64,000 bases of DNA, taken from Paraspadella gotoi. Lineage: Eukaryota > Animalia > Chaetognatha. Under the pieces are notes generated by a model, which was not told the DNA's origin, searched no databases, and worked only from the letters and a program-made list of their open reading frames with translations. Below are positions 1-49,970 of this stretch, piece by piece; the stretch's first letter is position 1, and each line of letters starts with the position of its first letter. A program made the translations under genes and the position numbers. The stretch covers positions 14,286,682 to 14,350,681 of the forward strand of contig CM119264.1 in assembly GCA_051294375.1 (NCBI GenBank). The letters are read 5' to 3'.

Positions 1-45
<45 letters not shown>

Positions 46-66
46 TCTTCTCTCCTTCTCTCTCTC

Positions 67-97
<31 letters not shown>

Positions 98-880
98 TCT
101 CGCTGACAGTGACAGTTTTTACTACAATCAATCTCTCAGAAGTAGAACAAAAAACCATATGGAACAAAATTTTGAGAAAGTAAGAGACGACAATAGTATA
201 ATAGTATAATAGAATTTGTATTTATTTTGAAATAAATGATATCCTCTTCGGTCAACCCGTCAGAAGTCATAACTATTTCAACTCAATTGCCAACACGCAT
301 ACAGCGCACATTTGTGGCCAGACCCCGTCGGTTCCAGACCCAATTCGCGACGGACCGGAACTCGATGAGCCAACAACGTTCCATAACAAAACCGAAACTT
401 GTGCGCAAAGAAAACTTTTTTGAAATAAAAGAGGGAGTAGTAAAAATTGTTTTGGCCGCGGGCCGCTCTTGGGCGAAAGGAAGAGGAAGGGGAGTTCGGA
501 GAGAGTGGTGAAAAGTAAAGGGGGAATATGAAAGGCGTGGTCCTATTGTAAACTGAAAAATACTGAAAAAAAAAATCATCGACTTTAAAACGGCTCCAAA
601 CTTAGAAAAACAGATTTTTTATTACTGTACCTACTACTAAAGAATCAGATGAATGTAAGAATGAGATGTGGTAAAAAAGAAACAGTATGGAGGAAGGAGT
701 AAGAGACGATTTAGGGGAGTCTGAAAGTTCGAATGGCCGCGAGCGGCACTGAGCCTATACAATGCTTAAGGCAGGTGTGTAATCGAATCGACCAGAAACC
801 TGCTATTGTTGACTTCGCGACAAGAGACTGATCGCATACGGCGACGAGGGAGCGAGCCAGCAGAGAGAGAGAGAGAGAGA

Positions 881-914
<34 letters not shown>

Positions 915-926
915 AGAGAGGGGGAG

Positions 927-957
<31 letters not shown>

Positions 958-1364
958 GCGAACAATGAGAGCCGATCTAAAGGGAACAGCTGTCATTGTT
1001 AGCGAGGTTGAACACGATTTGCTCGTTGCTCAGGAGGCGACGGGCAAGGTGTTACCGTCGATAAAAGACTCATTTGACCATAGAATGTTGCTTTTTATTT
1101 CTGTTTGACGGATGAGGCAAAGGAATGTCAGGCAAATGCAAGGGGAGAGCCGAGTTTTGTGTCCTTAAATAAAGTCGCTTAACGGGAAGATGGAGGGAGG
1201 GAGAGGGGGGAGGAGTGGGGGAAGACGACAGGGCCATGGAAGAGAGAGTATGGGGGGAAAGGATTTTTTGGAGGAGAAGGCGGGATGCGATGGATGAGGT
1301 GAAGTTGGAGATGGTTGCAAAAGAAATGAGTTTAAGGTAAGTTAATAAGCATAAAAGAAAGAAA

Positions 1365-1452
<88 letters not shown>

Positions 1453-2280
1453 ATGAAAGAAAGAAAGACAAGAGAATTTTCGTCAATTAATTGCATAAAC
1501 CTAGAAGAAATCGCGACGCATTTGAAGCTGAGTTCAAAGTTCCATCTTGAAAAGGAAGGTGGGGGGGGGTATATGGGAAGTGTAGGTAGAGCGATTCGAT
1601 CGAGCGAGTCGAGAAGATGAGAAAATAAAGTAAGAAATGAGTTGAATTAAAAAAAAGTGATGACTTAATAAAAATTTTAAAAAATGAAACGAGAAAATCC
1701 AGAAGATTTACGAAAGACAAGAAGATTAAGAAAAGAAAAACATAGGAGATGAGTTGAAGAAAGCAAGTGATTGGTTGAGAAGAGAAGATGAGATGATAAG
1801 AGGAGATAAGTAGAAGACAGAAGGCGAGGGTTGTGGGTAAAGACGGCATCGAGCCAAAACAAGGGAACGAAGCCGAGGCGCGAGAGAGAATTTGTTTTTT
1901 ATGAGGACATTAAAAAGCTAATCAGGTTAGAATTAGAAAAAAAAAAGTATTCAAAGAAGGAAAACGTTTCTTCTCGCTTCATCTTTTTCTCGTTGACATT
2001 CAATTTATTCTTTTTTTTTTATAAAGTTTAACCGATGAATACGCATTTTCTCTTTTCTTTTTTTTTTTAACGGGAGGAGGATCGGTTGTGAATTTTTTTT
2101 TTTTTTTGTGGAAAGGGAAATCGTTTTATATCAGAAGGTCTCATGTCTTAAAACGCAGAGTCGTGCTTTCTTTCGGGCCTGTATGCTTGTTTGGTTGCTT
2201 GGTGGTTTTCTTTATTACCTTGCTTTTATTATTTTCTGTCTTTGTCTCTTTCGCTGTCTTTCATGCTTGCTTTATTTCGT

Positions 2281-2376
<96 letters not shown>

Positions 2377-3083
2377 AATGGACGTACATTAACCGTAACA
2401 AAAAAATAGCGAATAAAGTTTAACTGAAAAACATTCTTCATCATGTAAAATGCTCGTAAAAAAAATCGACTGAAAACATAATATTTTAAACATGTTTACT
2501 TTATACATTTATTAGGGGGAAAACATTAAAACTTATTGTAAATATGAGAAAAAAGATAAAGAATGTTACCAAAGAGAAGAGACTATTTATGAGCTTTAAA
2601 AAAAGGCAACGTGACTCATAACTTTAAAGAGGAAGGAACACAAAAAGTTGGAGCCTCACTTTCTTTTCAAACAAACCTCGTTGCCAAGACAGCGAAACGA
2701 AACAAGGGGAAAACAAAGCTGAAAAAAACACCAAACCCGAGATGGAGAAAGAAAGGGAGAGTTGGGGAAGAATGAAGGTGAGACAATGTGCGAGAAGAAA
2801 GGGAGGAAAAGAGAGTAAGAGAGAGAGAGAGAGAGAGAGAGCGAAGGAGAGTAGAGAGAGAGAGAGAGAGAGTGGAAAAAAATATTTTACGGTAAAACAC
2901 TAAAACTCCATTTGTGAATCTCTAATTTCTGCTTTCGTAAAAATATAACAGTAAATTTTTTTTCGCTTTGGCGATTTAAATTAGATCAAATTTATTAAGC
3001 AGAGACGGATTTCACCATCTTTTTCTTTCTGTTTTTTGTTTTTTCTCTCGGTTTACCTTTCAATTTTTGTTTTGTTATCTCAG

Positions 3084-39113
<36,030 letters not shown>

Positions 39114-39529
39114 NNNNNNNNNNNNNNNNNNNNNNNNNNNNNNNNNNNNNNNNNNNNNNNNNNNNNNNNNNNNNNNNNNNNNNNNNNNNNNNNNNNNNNN
39201 NNNNNNNNNNNNNNNNNNNNNNNNNNNNNNNNNNNNNNNNNNNNNNNNNNNNNNNNNNNNNNNNNNNNNNNNNNNNNNNNNNNNNNNNNNNNNNNNNNNN
39301 AGAGAGAGAGAGAGAGAGTGGAAAGTGAGAGCCAGCTATTGCAATAGAGGTGAGTGAGAAAGAAAGAGGGATTGATTTTGTTATCGTTATCGTTCACGTC
39401 ATCGTTTGAGTAGAGAAACTTTTCAACATTCGATTCATTTTCGCGATTGTATCCTATCAACTCAACGTTATCATCGGTATCATCGTCTTAGTCATCGCTA
39501 TCATCGTCATTAAGCCTTAATTTAAGGCG

Positions 39530-40060
39530 CAGTGAAAGTTGCAGATCAAAATTCGAATAGTTGATAAATGAAAAGTCTTGTACTAAAGAACATTGCTATA
39601 TAAAAAAAAATTATTTTAACTTTTCAATTTTCGCATTAGACTATATATACATAGTATTCACTATAGAAAATGTCAAAATTTTAAAATAGTTTTTTTCTTA
39701 GTTTTGAAAGCAGATTCGAATTCCTCATAAAAAGTTTATGAAAGAAAATATCAGTCTTAATCAAAAATTATTTCATTAAGTTAGCTAAAAATTTTTAAAA
39801 AACTATATTTTTTATGCTAAAATATAATTATAGGTTAACATATTTTAGGATTTTGACCCACTTAATGAATTATTTTTTTAATAAGAGTTATAATTCATAT
39901 TATAAACTTTCCGCAAGGAATTCGTATCTGCTGTCAAAAATAAGTAAAAAGTTTTTTAAAATTTTGACATTTTCTATGGTAAGTACTAAGTATAAATATA
40001 TGGGCTAATGCGAAAATTAAAAAGAATATATTTTTTTAAATTTAAAAATGTTCATGATCT
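39530..40060. mobile_element. AT-rich MITE/foldback-like element
   Basis: Inverted arms at about 39625-39690 and 39950-40020 (TTTTCGCATTAG...ATAGAAAATGTCAAAATTTTAAAA); the left end AGTGAAAGTTGCAGATC recurs at 56813. Confidence 0.55.
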
Positions 40061-40493
40061 ACTTGATTTTAATATTTTTGCTACGATTTTGTCGTCATGA
40101 TCATCCCTATCGCCGTCGTGGACGTCGTCGTCGTTTTAGTTTTACGTTCACGTATTTCTTGTCGATATATCGAGTCTGATTGACGTTATCAAATTATGGA
40201 AAGACATTATCGCTGATAAAAAAAATTTTAAAAGTCGGATACGAAAAAGAAAAAAAGAAAGAAAAATGTAATGAAAGTAGATCGAGTTGTCAATATCAGT
40301 AGCCTATTGTTTTACGTTAGTTTCTATATTATTGTTTGAGTTTACGTGACTCTTTGACTTTCTGAAAAGTTTCCTCATTTTATTGTATTTTTCATATTTT
40401 TTAACTGGTACTTTATTTTTTTCTTATTCCTGCTCATTTTCTCGTTAAGATTTTGCTAATACTTTTCCCTTTCTCTCCTTTTTTTACACTGTA

Positions 40494-40701
40494 CACTCAT
40501 GTGCAAAAGAAACGCGCCACTTTATAACTTTAAATACCGGATGCTCCATAACGGATAGCTTGATTCTGATAAAAATTATGCAAAACTTTTTATCTTTTCA
40601 GAATTTTAAATTTACTATTAAAAGTTTTTTTAAAAAATCAAATTTTTAGGGAGATTTTTATGGGCTGATATAAAGTGGCGCGTTTTTTTCGTACATGACA
40701 G
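40494..40701. mobile_element. MITE with imperfect ~33-bp TIRs and TA flanks
   Basis: TA-CACTCATGTGCAAAAGAAACGCGCCACTTTATA ... TATAAAGTGGCGCGTTTTTTTCGTACATGACAG-TA. Confidence 0.7.
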
Positions 40702-42209
40702 TACTTAAAATTTCCTACTTCCAGGTTTCTTTTATCTTTCTTTACACGATTTAATCCTTCAAATTGATTTCCTCTTCTCACCGCTTACTCTCCTAATAGT
40801 AATACTATTTCTTTTTCTTTCTAATTTCTATCTTCCTTACTTTCTCCGTAATCCGCTTTCTTCTCTCCTTCCACTTCTCTTTTTTCCCTTTTCTCTTTCC
40901 TCTCGCATCCATAATCCCCGATTACTCCCTCTTTTCCTCTTCCTCTTCCCCGTTTTCCCATTTTTATGGAAACGTCACAATCACGTCATAAAAACTGGTA
41001 CCTCGGCGATAAACGCAAATCACTACGGGCCTAGTAGAAACTGAAGCCTCTCTCTAACACACACATATTCACACACACAGGCACCCTCTCATTCTCTTTC
41101 TCTATTCCTCTCTCCCTCTTTCTCTCTCTCTCTATCGACACCTAGGGGGAAACACCCGGCTTCTCGCGGTATTTGTCTTTATTTTTTTTNNNNNNNNNNN
41201 NNNNNNNNNNNNNNNNNNNNNNNNNNNNNNNNNNNNNNNNNNNNNNNNNNNNNNNNNNNNNNNNNNNNNNNNNNNNNNNNNNNNNNNNNNNNNNNNNNNN
41301 NNNNNNNNNNNNNNNNNNNNNNNNNNNNNNNNNNNNNNNNNNNNNNNNNNNNNNNNNNNNNNNNNNNNGGGTGCCTGTTTCTCCTTCAGTTCATATTTTA
41401 TACATCCGAAAAAAAACCATCGCCTTTTACAAAAAAAAATATTTTCTTCGTGTTTGGATCTTTTTTCAACCAGAAAAGAAAGAAAGAAAAGTTAGAAACA
41501 TCAGACAGTCTTTTAGTTCCCAAAAATATAGACATTTTTATTTTTTATTATATTTTTTTCATTTTAAGTAAAGATTCAATCCTCGTTTCATTTCCCTCTC
41601 ATCCATTTATGCTTGCACCATGTAAAACCTCATCAAAGCNNNNNNNNNNNNNNNNNNNNNNNNNNNNNNNNNNNNNNNNNNNNNNNNNNNNNNNNNNNNN
41701 NNNNNNNNNNNNNNNNNNNNNNNNNNNNNNNNNNNNNNNNNNNNNNNNNNNNNNNNNNNNNNNNNNNNNNNNNNNNNNNNNNNNNNNNNNNNNNNNNNNN
41801 NNNNNNNNNNNNNNNNNNNNNNNNNNNNNNNNNNNNNNNNNNNNNNNNNNNNNNNNNNNNNNNNNNNNNNNNNNNNNNNNNNNNNNNNNNNNNNNNNNNN
41901 NNNNNNNNNNNNNNNNNNNNNNNNNNNNNNNNNNNNNNNNNNNNNNNNNNNNNNNNNNNNNNNNNNNNNNNNNNNNNNNNNNNNNNNNNNNNNNNNNNNN
42001 NNNNNNNNNNNNNNNNGTCATCGAATTCGTAACTAATTCCTTAACTCGTTCTCTTTTTATTAAAACTCGTTAAATGACAACACGACCCTACACTCTTCCA
42101 ACTCATCGCTAGCTAATTTCTTCTTTTTTTTTTCTCTTTAAATTTCTTTCTTTCTCTCTCTATCTCACTATTTCCGCGAGAAGAGAGAAAAATCATCTTC
42201 TTCTTCATC

Positions 42210-42287
42210 TCAAATCCCGAAGTCGAGAACGCTGTTAACAAATTGCTCCGCCGTCAGACATTTTGGAGAGATTGTTTGCTCGATTAT
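42210..42287 (-). CDS. CFAP251: CFAP251 terminal exon
   Basis: CAG|IIEQTISPKCLTAEQFVNSVLDFGI-TGA. Confidence 0.85.
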   Translation of the reverse strand: MIEQTISPKCLTAEQFVNSVLDFGI

Positions 42288-43432
42288 CTGCGGTGTCGAG
42301 AGAGAGAGGGGGGGAGGACAGCACCAGAGAGAGAGAGGAGATGAGGACGAGAGAGAGGAGAGAGAGAGAGGAGAGGAGAGAGAGAGAGAGCTATGTATAT
42401 ACAATATCTTAAAATTAAAAAAATTAAAAAGTTATTGAATATATAAACGAGGAAATAGAGAGAGAGATATACATCAATAGAAACGACCACTACTTTCATT
42501 ATAACAACAAATTCATGAACACCACCACCGCTGCAGCCAGTCCAAAAACCACCGACGTCCACCCAACCCCCCTAAGTCCACCCAAACCCTCTCGCTCCAC
42601 CTCTTCCGTCTTTGATGGGTCGAAATCGACTTCCTCGCTGGAGCCACCGATCTCGGTCTTCCCGACGAGAGTCACCATCGCTTCCGCAAGTTCGTCGTCG
42701 TCCATCTTTTCGCCTCCGGATTCCAGGACGCGAAGGATCGCCGCCAGGTCCAGTTTCGCCTCCGCCTAATGTTTCGTTTTTTATGTTTGTTTCTATGTTA
42801 ATGTCTGTGATAAGACAAACAATGTTAAAAAAAAAAGCCCCAATAAATCTACCTCTGGCGAACTAAATACGTCTCCGGAGCTGCCGTCGCCGCCGGCTTC
42901 CGGATCACCGCAACAAGTGAGACAAGGAGTGTGAACGGCCGCGATGTGACGGAAGGCGGTGGTAAAGTGGGAGAGGTTCAGCCCGAACGCCGGTCTGTTT
43001 GAGAAAAAGAAAGCTCTTGCTGTAGTAGGATGTTTTCCTCCTTTTTGTTGTTGAGTTTCTTCTCGCAATAATACATTCTTCTGTATTTCAAGTGTTTTCG
43101 AAACATAACGTCGTCAAGATGAACGTATTTTATTTACTTCTATCGGAACACGAATACAGACGAGAGAATTAGAAGCGCGCCTTCCTCGAACAAAAGCCAC
43201 TGATAATGAGGCAGTGCGATATGGTTTTCATTCAGCCTCACTCGTCAAAAAATAAAAAATAAACGCGTGATTTCAAAGATTAGGGAGAAAAAAAATGATT
43301 CCCGGAGTCAAATATCATTCGTTCGTCCAATTTATCTGTTAGGTAAAGGGGGAAATTGAGAGAGAGAGGAGGAAGAGAGGAGAAGAGAGAGGAGAGAGAG
43401 ATGAGAGCAGAGAGATATAATAGTGTTTCGTG

Positions 43433-43468
<36 letters not shown>

Positions 43469-46400
43469 ACCTCGTTTATGGACTTAATGATAACCTGGTT
43501 AAGTAGCAGAGACTGAAGGAGAAGAGAAAACGAATGTGAAAATAAAAAAGAAAGTTGGAACGAAATTGCGAGCAATTTTGGAAAAAGAGGGAAAAAAAAG
43601 ATGGGAGATAAGAAAAGAAGGAAGGGAGGCACGGATGACGGAGAGTACAAGCGTTAAGCTATTTTGTTTTACTTATAAAAATATTATACTAAGACGATAT
43701 TATACGTACCAATAATAGACAATATTAGACATTGTATAAACGGCTCTTCGTGAACAATCTCTCCATTTCTTTTCTTTAAATTTTCTTTCAGCTCTCCTTT
43801 TATCTCTCTCCTCTCACCTTTCCTTTCCTTTCCATCATTCTCGAAATCCCGCTCAATCCCTCACCTTTTATCTTTTCCTCCTTTCCTCTCATTCCAACCG
43901 TTAGACCGAGAGTTGCCAAGGCTTTTCATTTTAGGCAACAGGTCCGGAACGACGAGACGGAGAGGAAGAAGAAGAGGAGGAGTAGAAGAAGAAAAGGAGA
44001 AAAATGCAAGAAGGAGAATATGTACTAGAGAAAGAGGTAAGAAATTCAGGAGACGAAGAGAAAGCTGAGGTACAAGTAGAAGCGTAAGAAAAAGCAAAAG
44101 CAAAAGCAATAGAAGAAAAAGAAAAAAAAAANNNNNNNNNNNNNNNNNNNNNNNNNCTCTCCTTTGCGTCTCCTCTCTCTCACATCTCTCTCTCTCATCA
44201 TCATCTCTTCTCGTCTCTCTCTCTCTCTTCTCTCTATCTCTTCTCTCTCTTCTGTTTCAATGCCATCGTTGAGCTCGAGTAAAGATTGTTTGTCTCATTT
44301 TTTTTTTTCTTTTCTTCTATTGCTTTTGCTTTTGCTTTTTCTTACGCTTCTACTGTACCTCAGCTTTCTCTTCGTCTCCTTGATTTCTTACCTCTCACTA
44401 CATAGTACATAATTTCTTCTTCTTGCATTTATTATCATCTCCTTTTCTTCTTCTATACTCCTAACCTGCTCTTCTTCCTCTCCGTCTCGTCGTTTCCGGG
44501 ACCTGTTGCCTAAAATGAAAAGCCTTGGCAACTCTCGTCTAACGGTTGGAATGAGAGGAAAGGAGGAAAGATAACAAGGTGAAGATGGCGGGATTTCGAG
44601 AATGATGGAAGAGGAAAGAAAGGTGAGAGGAGAGAGATAAAAGGAGAGCTGAAAGAAATTTAATAAGAAAAGAAATGGAGAGATTGTTCACGATAGAGCC
44701 GTTTATTACAATTCTAAATATGGTCCTATTATTGGTACAGTATATATATCGTCTTAGTTCAATAATATTTTTATAAGTAAACACAAAAATAGCTTAACGC
44801 TTGTACCTCACTCATCCGTGCCTCCCTTCCTCCTTTTCTTAATCTCCATCTAGATACCTCTTTTTCCAAAAATTGCTCGAATTTCGGTTCCAACTTTCTT
44901 TTTTATTTTCCACATTCGTTTCTCTTCTCCTCAGTCTCTGAACTTAACAGAGAGAAAGCATCCAATAACGAGGTAATCCTCTTTCTCTCTCTCTCTCTCC
45001 ATCCTCTCTCTCTTCTCTCTCTCCTCTCATCTCCCCTCTCTCTCTCTCTCTCATACACGAAACACTATTATATCTCTCTGCTCTCATCTCTCTCTCCTCT
45101 CTCTTCTCCTCTCTCTCCTCTCTCTTCATTTCCCCTTTACCTAACAGATAAATTGGACGAACGAATGATATTTGACTCGGGAATCATTTTTTTTCTCCCT
45201 AATCTTTGGAAAATCACGCGTTATTAATTTTTATTTTTTGACGAGTGAGGCCTAAATGAAAACAATATCGCACTGCCTCATTATCAGTGGCTTTTGTTCG
45301 AGAAGGCGCGCTTCTAATTCTCTCGTCTGTATTCGTGTTCCGATAGAAGTAAATAAAAATACGTTCATCTTAACGAACGTTATGTTTCGAAAACACTTGA
45401 AATAAAAAAAATGTATTATTGCGAGAATGAAACTCAACAACAAAAAGGAGGAAAGAACATCCCTACTACAAGACAAGAGCTTTCTTTTTCTCAAACAAGT
45501 ACCGGCGTTCGGGCTGAACCTCTCACACTTTAACGACCGCCTTCCCGTCACATCGCGGCCGTCACACTCCTTGTCTCACTTGTTGCGGCGATCGCGGAAG
45601 CCGGCGGCGACGGCAGCTCTGGAGACGTAATTTAGTACCCAAGAGGTAGATTTATTGGGGCTTTTTTTTTTTTAACATTGTTTTGTCTTATCACAAGACA
45701 TTAACATAGAATAACAAACATCAAAACGTAAACATTAGGCGAGAGGCGAAACTGGACCTGGCGGCGATCCTTCGCGTCCTGAATCCGGAGGCGAAAGATG
45801 GACGACGACGAATTGCGGACGATGGTGACTTCTCAGTCGGGAAAGCACCGAGATCGGTGGCTCCAGCGAGGAAGTCGCATTTCGACCCATCCAAAGAGGA
45901 GAGGTGGAGCGAGAGGGTTTGGGTGAGAGGGGGGTTGGGTGGACGTCGGTGGTTTTTGGACTGGCTGCAGCGGTGGTGGTGGTTGATGACAGTTTGTTGT
46001 TATAATGAAATATGGGTCGTTTCTATTGATGTATATCTCTCTCTCTATTCTCGTTTATATATCAATAAACTTTTTAATTTTTTTAATTTTAAGATATTGT
46101 ATATACATAGCTCTCTCTCTCTCTCCTCTCCTCTCTCTCTCTCCTCTCTCTCGTCCTCATCTCCTCTCTCTCTCTGGTGCTGTCCTCCCCCCCTCTCTCT
46201 CTCGACACCGCAGATAATCGAGCAAACAATCTCTCCAAAATGTCTGACGGCGGAGCAATTTGTTAACGAGCTTTCTCGACTTCGGGAATTTGAGATGAAG
46301 AAGAAGATGATTTTTCTCTCTTCTCGCGGAAATAGTGAGATAGAGAGAGAAAGAAAGAAATTTAAGGGAACCCAGTGATCGAGGGGGGTCAAAGGCTTGA

Positions 46401-49400
46401 TATCCATAACGTTTGGTCCTTCAAACTCCCCGATTCAAAAATGTAATTCTTTCTTCTCTAGTCCAATGGAAAGTGGTCAAAAAATTCGATGTTTGTAGTC
46501 CCCCGATTTTTGTTTAAAAATTCCGGTAAGGGGAAAAATCTTTTTCAAAGTTTCGATTTTTTTTTTACGTAAAGATGTTACAAATTTTTTTTTGTTTCGC
46601 AACTTTAACTAAAGATTAAATTCTTGAAATCCGACAATCGAGGTTAACGAAACCAATAGAAAAAATTGACAAATTCAAAAAGGACAACAACGACGAAAGA
46701 CGTCGACGAAAATGATAACAAAGACGATAAACAACAACAACAAAAACAAAAACGATGATGAAAGCAAAACAAGAACGATGAAGACGACGACAACGACAAA
46801 GATGACAACGAAAACGATAACAACCAACTGACGACCAACAACGACGAAAGACGACAACGAAAACGACAACAAAGACGACGACAACATCCAATGTGAAGAC
46901 GAGAAAAACAAAGACGGATCGACAAAAATGAAACGACAAAAACGACATCTGAAGAAGACGACAACAACAACGACGAAAAAAGACGACGAAAAACGACAAC
47001 ATCAACGACGAAAAACGACAAAAAGACGACGAACGACACCGACGAAGAAAGACGATGAAAGCGAAGGCGAAAACAAAGACGAAAACGAAGGCGAAGTATC
47101 ATGACTGAAACGAACATTTTGTCACAATCAAAAGAAAAAAAATAGAAAGATAGAAAAGAAAAAAAAGAAAGAAAAAAAGGAAAGAAAAAAGAAAGAAAGA
47201 AAGAAAAGAAAAAAAAACGAAACCAAAGAAAGAAAAAAGGAAAAAAGGAAAAAAAAAAACCAGAAACGAGCCTCTGCTACTAATTTGCATGTTGACGCAA
47301 TAATAGCAAAGGCAGATGTTGCTCCGAGCTCTCTATGAAATGGCGAACGCTTCTTTGAGGGAAAGGCGAAAGGTGAGCGCTAATATAGAGTAGGGTAAGG
47401 GGTAGAATGATCGGGGGGCTCATCGGAAGTATGGGAGGAAGCAAAGGTAGAGGAGGTAGGCGCTAAGAAACAGATGATGAGGAAAGAGCATCGGCTTTGC
47501 CAGTACGCTTCGGCAATAAGAGGAGGAAGTAACGTTTCCTAGCAACGACTGCAAATTACGGCAAAGCATCACATTTCTTTGTTTGATTCGCCCGAATCGA
47601 CACTTAGAAAACACTCCCTACGATCACCCCGACACGAACGAGAGTCCTCCCAAGGAACAGAGCCCGAATTGAAAGAGAAAATCCTTTCTTTCCCTTTTTT
47701 ACTTTTAGGTTGAAGTGAAGAGGAAAGGAAATGTACAAGAGGGTCGATGGGTGTTTTCTTTTTTCCTTAAAACTCAGCGTCTGACGTTTTGAAATTGAAG
47801 TCGGGAGGAAGAAGGAGTCAGAGGAGGTTGGCGAAAAGTCGGGGGTCGCCTTGACTGAATTCATTATCGAAACAGCGGAGCCTAAAATCCGATGCGGACG
47901 CGTAGGGGGGCGGATGCATATTTCGCAGCCTCCTTCGCCCGCCCCTTTTTAGGCAAAATTCAAATCGAGGGAGAGTTTATGTTCGCTTAAAGTTTTTTTT
48001 TTTTTGTTTGGGGAAAATTAGTTTTGAGTGAGAGAGATGTAAAAATAATAGGATAAATAGTTTTAAAAAAATGTTCAGTGTTGAAATATCAAAGTGTCAA
48101 AGACGAAAAGTTGAATAGGCTATGGTAAATGTGACAGGAAAAAGAAAAGAGAAAAATATGAAGAAGGAACCGGAGAAACGTGCGAAAGAAAATAAAAAGA
48201 AGACGAATATTGAATTGTAAACTTGAGAAAAAATGATAGATAATCCCATTTCTTTCTCAAAAATGAGATTCTAGAATTGAGCGGAAAAGTAGAATTCGAA
48301 ATTTATGTCGGAGTCGGTTTATGGAATCTCTAAAATTGGAACATTGAAGGGAGCAACAACCTATACTTCTCTCACTCTCTCTCTATCTCTCTCTCTCTCT
48401 CTCTCTCTCGCTTTTCATTTTTTTAGTTGTTTCGTTTGGCGATAACGCGTGAAAGAAACCTGAATGAAAGTACCTGCAGGGGCTTTGCGAAAAAAAAAAG
48501 CTATCGCCTTCTGAGAGACAGCGGGACAGACGGATAAAGCGACAGACTAAAGGCAAAGTGAGAAATAGAAAAGGAGAGCAAAAAAATAAAAAAGAAAAAG
48601 AGGGAAAAAAAAGAAAGAGAAAAGACAAATGCCATCGTCCCAATGTAACCATTTTCAGTTTTCCTTTTCTTAAACATCCATTAATCAACTGAAAAACAGA
48701 TTTACTTTTGATCACCGTCTCATCCATTCAGCACGTGCCTGAGAGACAGAGGGGAGGAAATTCGGAGGGAAAACGTATAAAAAAGAAGAGGGAGAGAGAA
48801 TGAAAGAGAGTGAGAGAGAAAAATTTGTGAAACTGATCCTCTCAATCCGGTGAAAAATTTTAAAGAGAGGTATTAGGGAGAGAGAAAGAGGGTGAATAAG
48901 GACAGGAAGAGAAAGACAATGAAAAAAAAGAAAGAAAGAGAGATATTGAAATTGATATTGAAAATAGGAGTACAGATTTCGGTCAGTTATTCAAACTACC
49001 TCAAAAAACTACTTTATCGAGATTCGATTTTTTCAACACGGTCGGTGACGGTGAGGCACACGCAGGAGTGCAGATCAATTCTACTGAAACTAAGGAAAAA
49101 TAGGTCTAGGAGAGAGAGAAACAGAAACAGAGTCAGAGAGTAAACGAGCGAAAAAAAATATTTTAACGAAGAAGAGAAGAAATAATTACTAAACACATAT
49201 TTTTGATCCGTAAAACGTAAAAAGAAGAGCGAACGGCGATACTCGACTCCATGAGTTCAACCGCTTCTCGCCTGTAGTTGATGTAGAGTCGAATGAGTTG
49301 GTTGAGATTAATCTGATTCGTCTTTTTCCCCGTCGAAGCGAATTCGCTGAAGTTGACTTCGTTGATCATCTCCCAAATCTCCTGTTCCGACGGGTAGTAG

Positions 49401-49637
49401 CCCAGCGCGCGCATCATGAAGGGGATCTCCGACAGCGGGATCGTTACCTGGAAAGAAGATGAAGAGAGTAAACCGGAAGTGGGCGTGGCTCGATCGATAC
49501 AAGACTTTTTTTCAATTCTTCCACTACCTAGGTGTTTCATTCATTCATTCATTCATTCATTCATTCATTCATTCATTCATTCATTCATTCATTCATTCAT
49601 TCTATCATTTACCTATCCATCCATCCTTTCCTTCCCT

Positions 49638-49669
<32 letters not shown>

Positions 49670-49937
49670 TNNNNNNNNNNNNNNNNNNNNNNNNNNNNNN
49701 NNNNNNNNNNNNNNNNNNNNNNNNNNNNNNNNNNNNNNNNNNNNNNNNNNNNNNNNNNNNNNCTTGCATCCAAAAGACTCCTTCCCTTCATTCATGCTCC
49801 CTTCTGCCACGTTTGAAAATTCTCCTCTGTTACTCATCTTCCGTTTTCTGCTATTTCCATTTTGCAACTGTTTTATGGTTGACTTGTTCTTGAACGTTCC
49901 ATAAATGAAATGTCTGATGTTTTTGGAACGAAGACGA

Positions 49938-49970
<33 letters not shown>

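Larger units (their letters stand above)
42137..46365. repeat. Inverted duplication with arms of about 2 kb containing the last three CFAP251 exons
   Basis: 42137-44131 is the reverse complement of about 44290-46365; centred on the 25-N gap at 44132-44156; the right arm carries frameshifting indels. Confidence 0.92.

Noticed and set aside
965-1108. Short ORF MRADLKGTAVIVSEVEHDLLVAQEATGK (duplicated at 7520-7663)
   Set aside because: No recognisable family, and no phase-consistent link to the IgSF exon at 3084 could be made.
45427-46378. Plus-strand ORFs resembling a second CFAP251 paralogue
   Set aside because: They are the frameshifted right arm of the inverted duplication.
49163-49271. 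Read-through end REAVELMESSIAVRSSFYVLR...* as the CFAP251 C-terminus
   Set aside because: The conserved PAFG, second EF-hand and terminal motifs are found in exons at 42210-42994.
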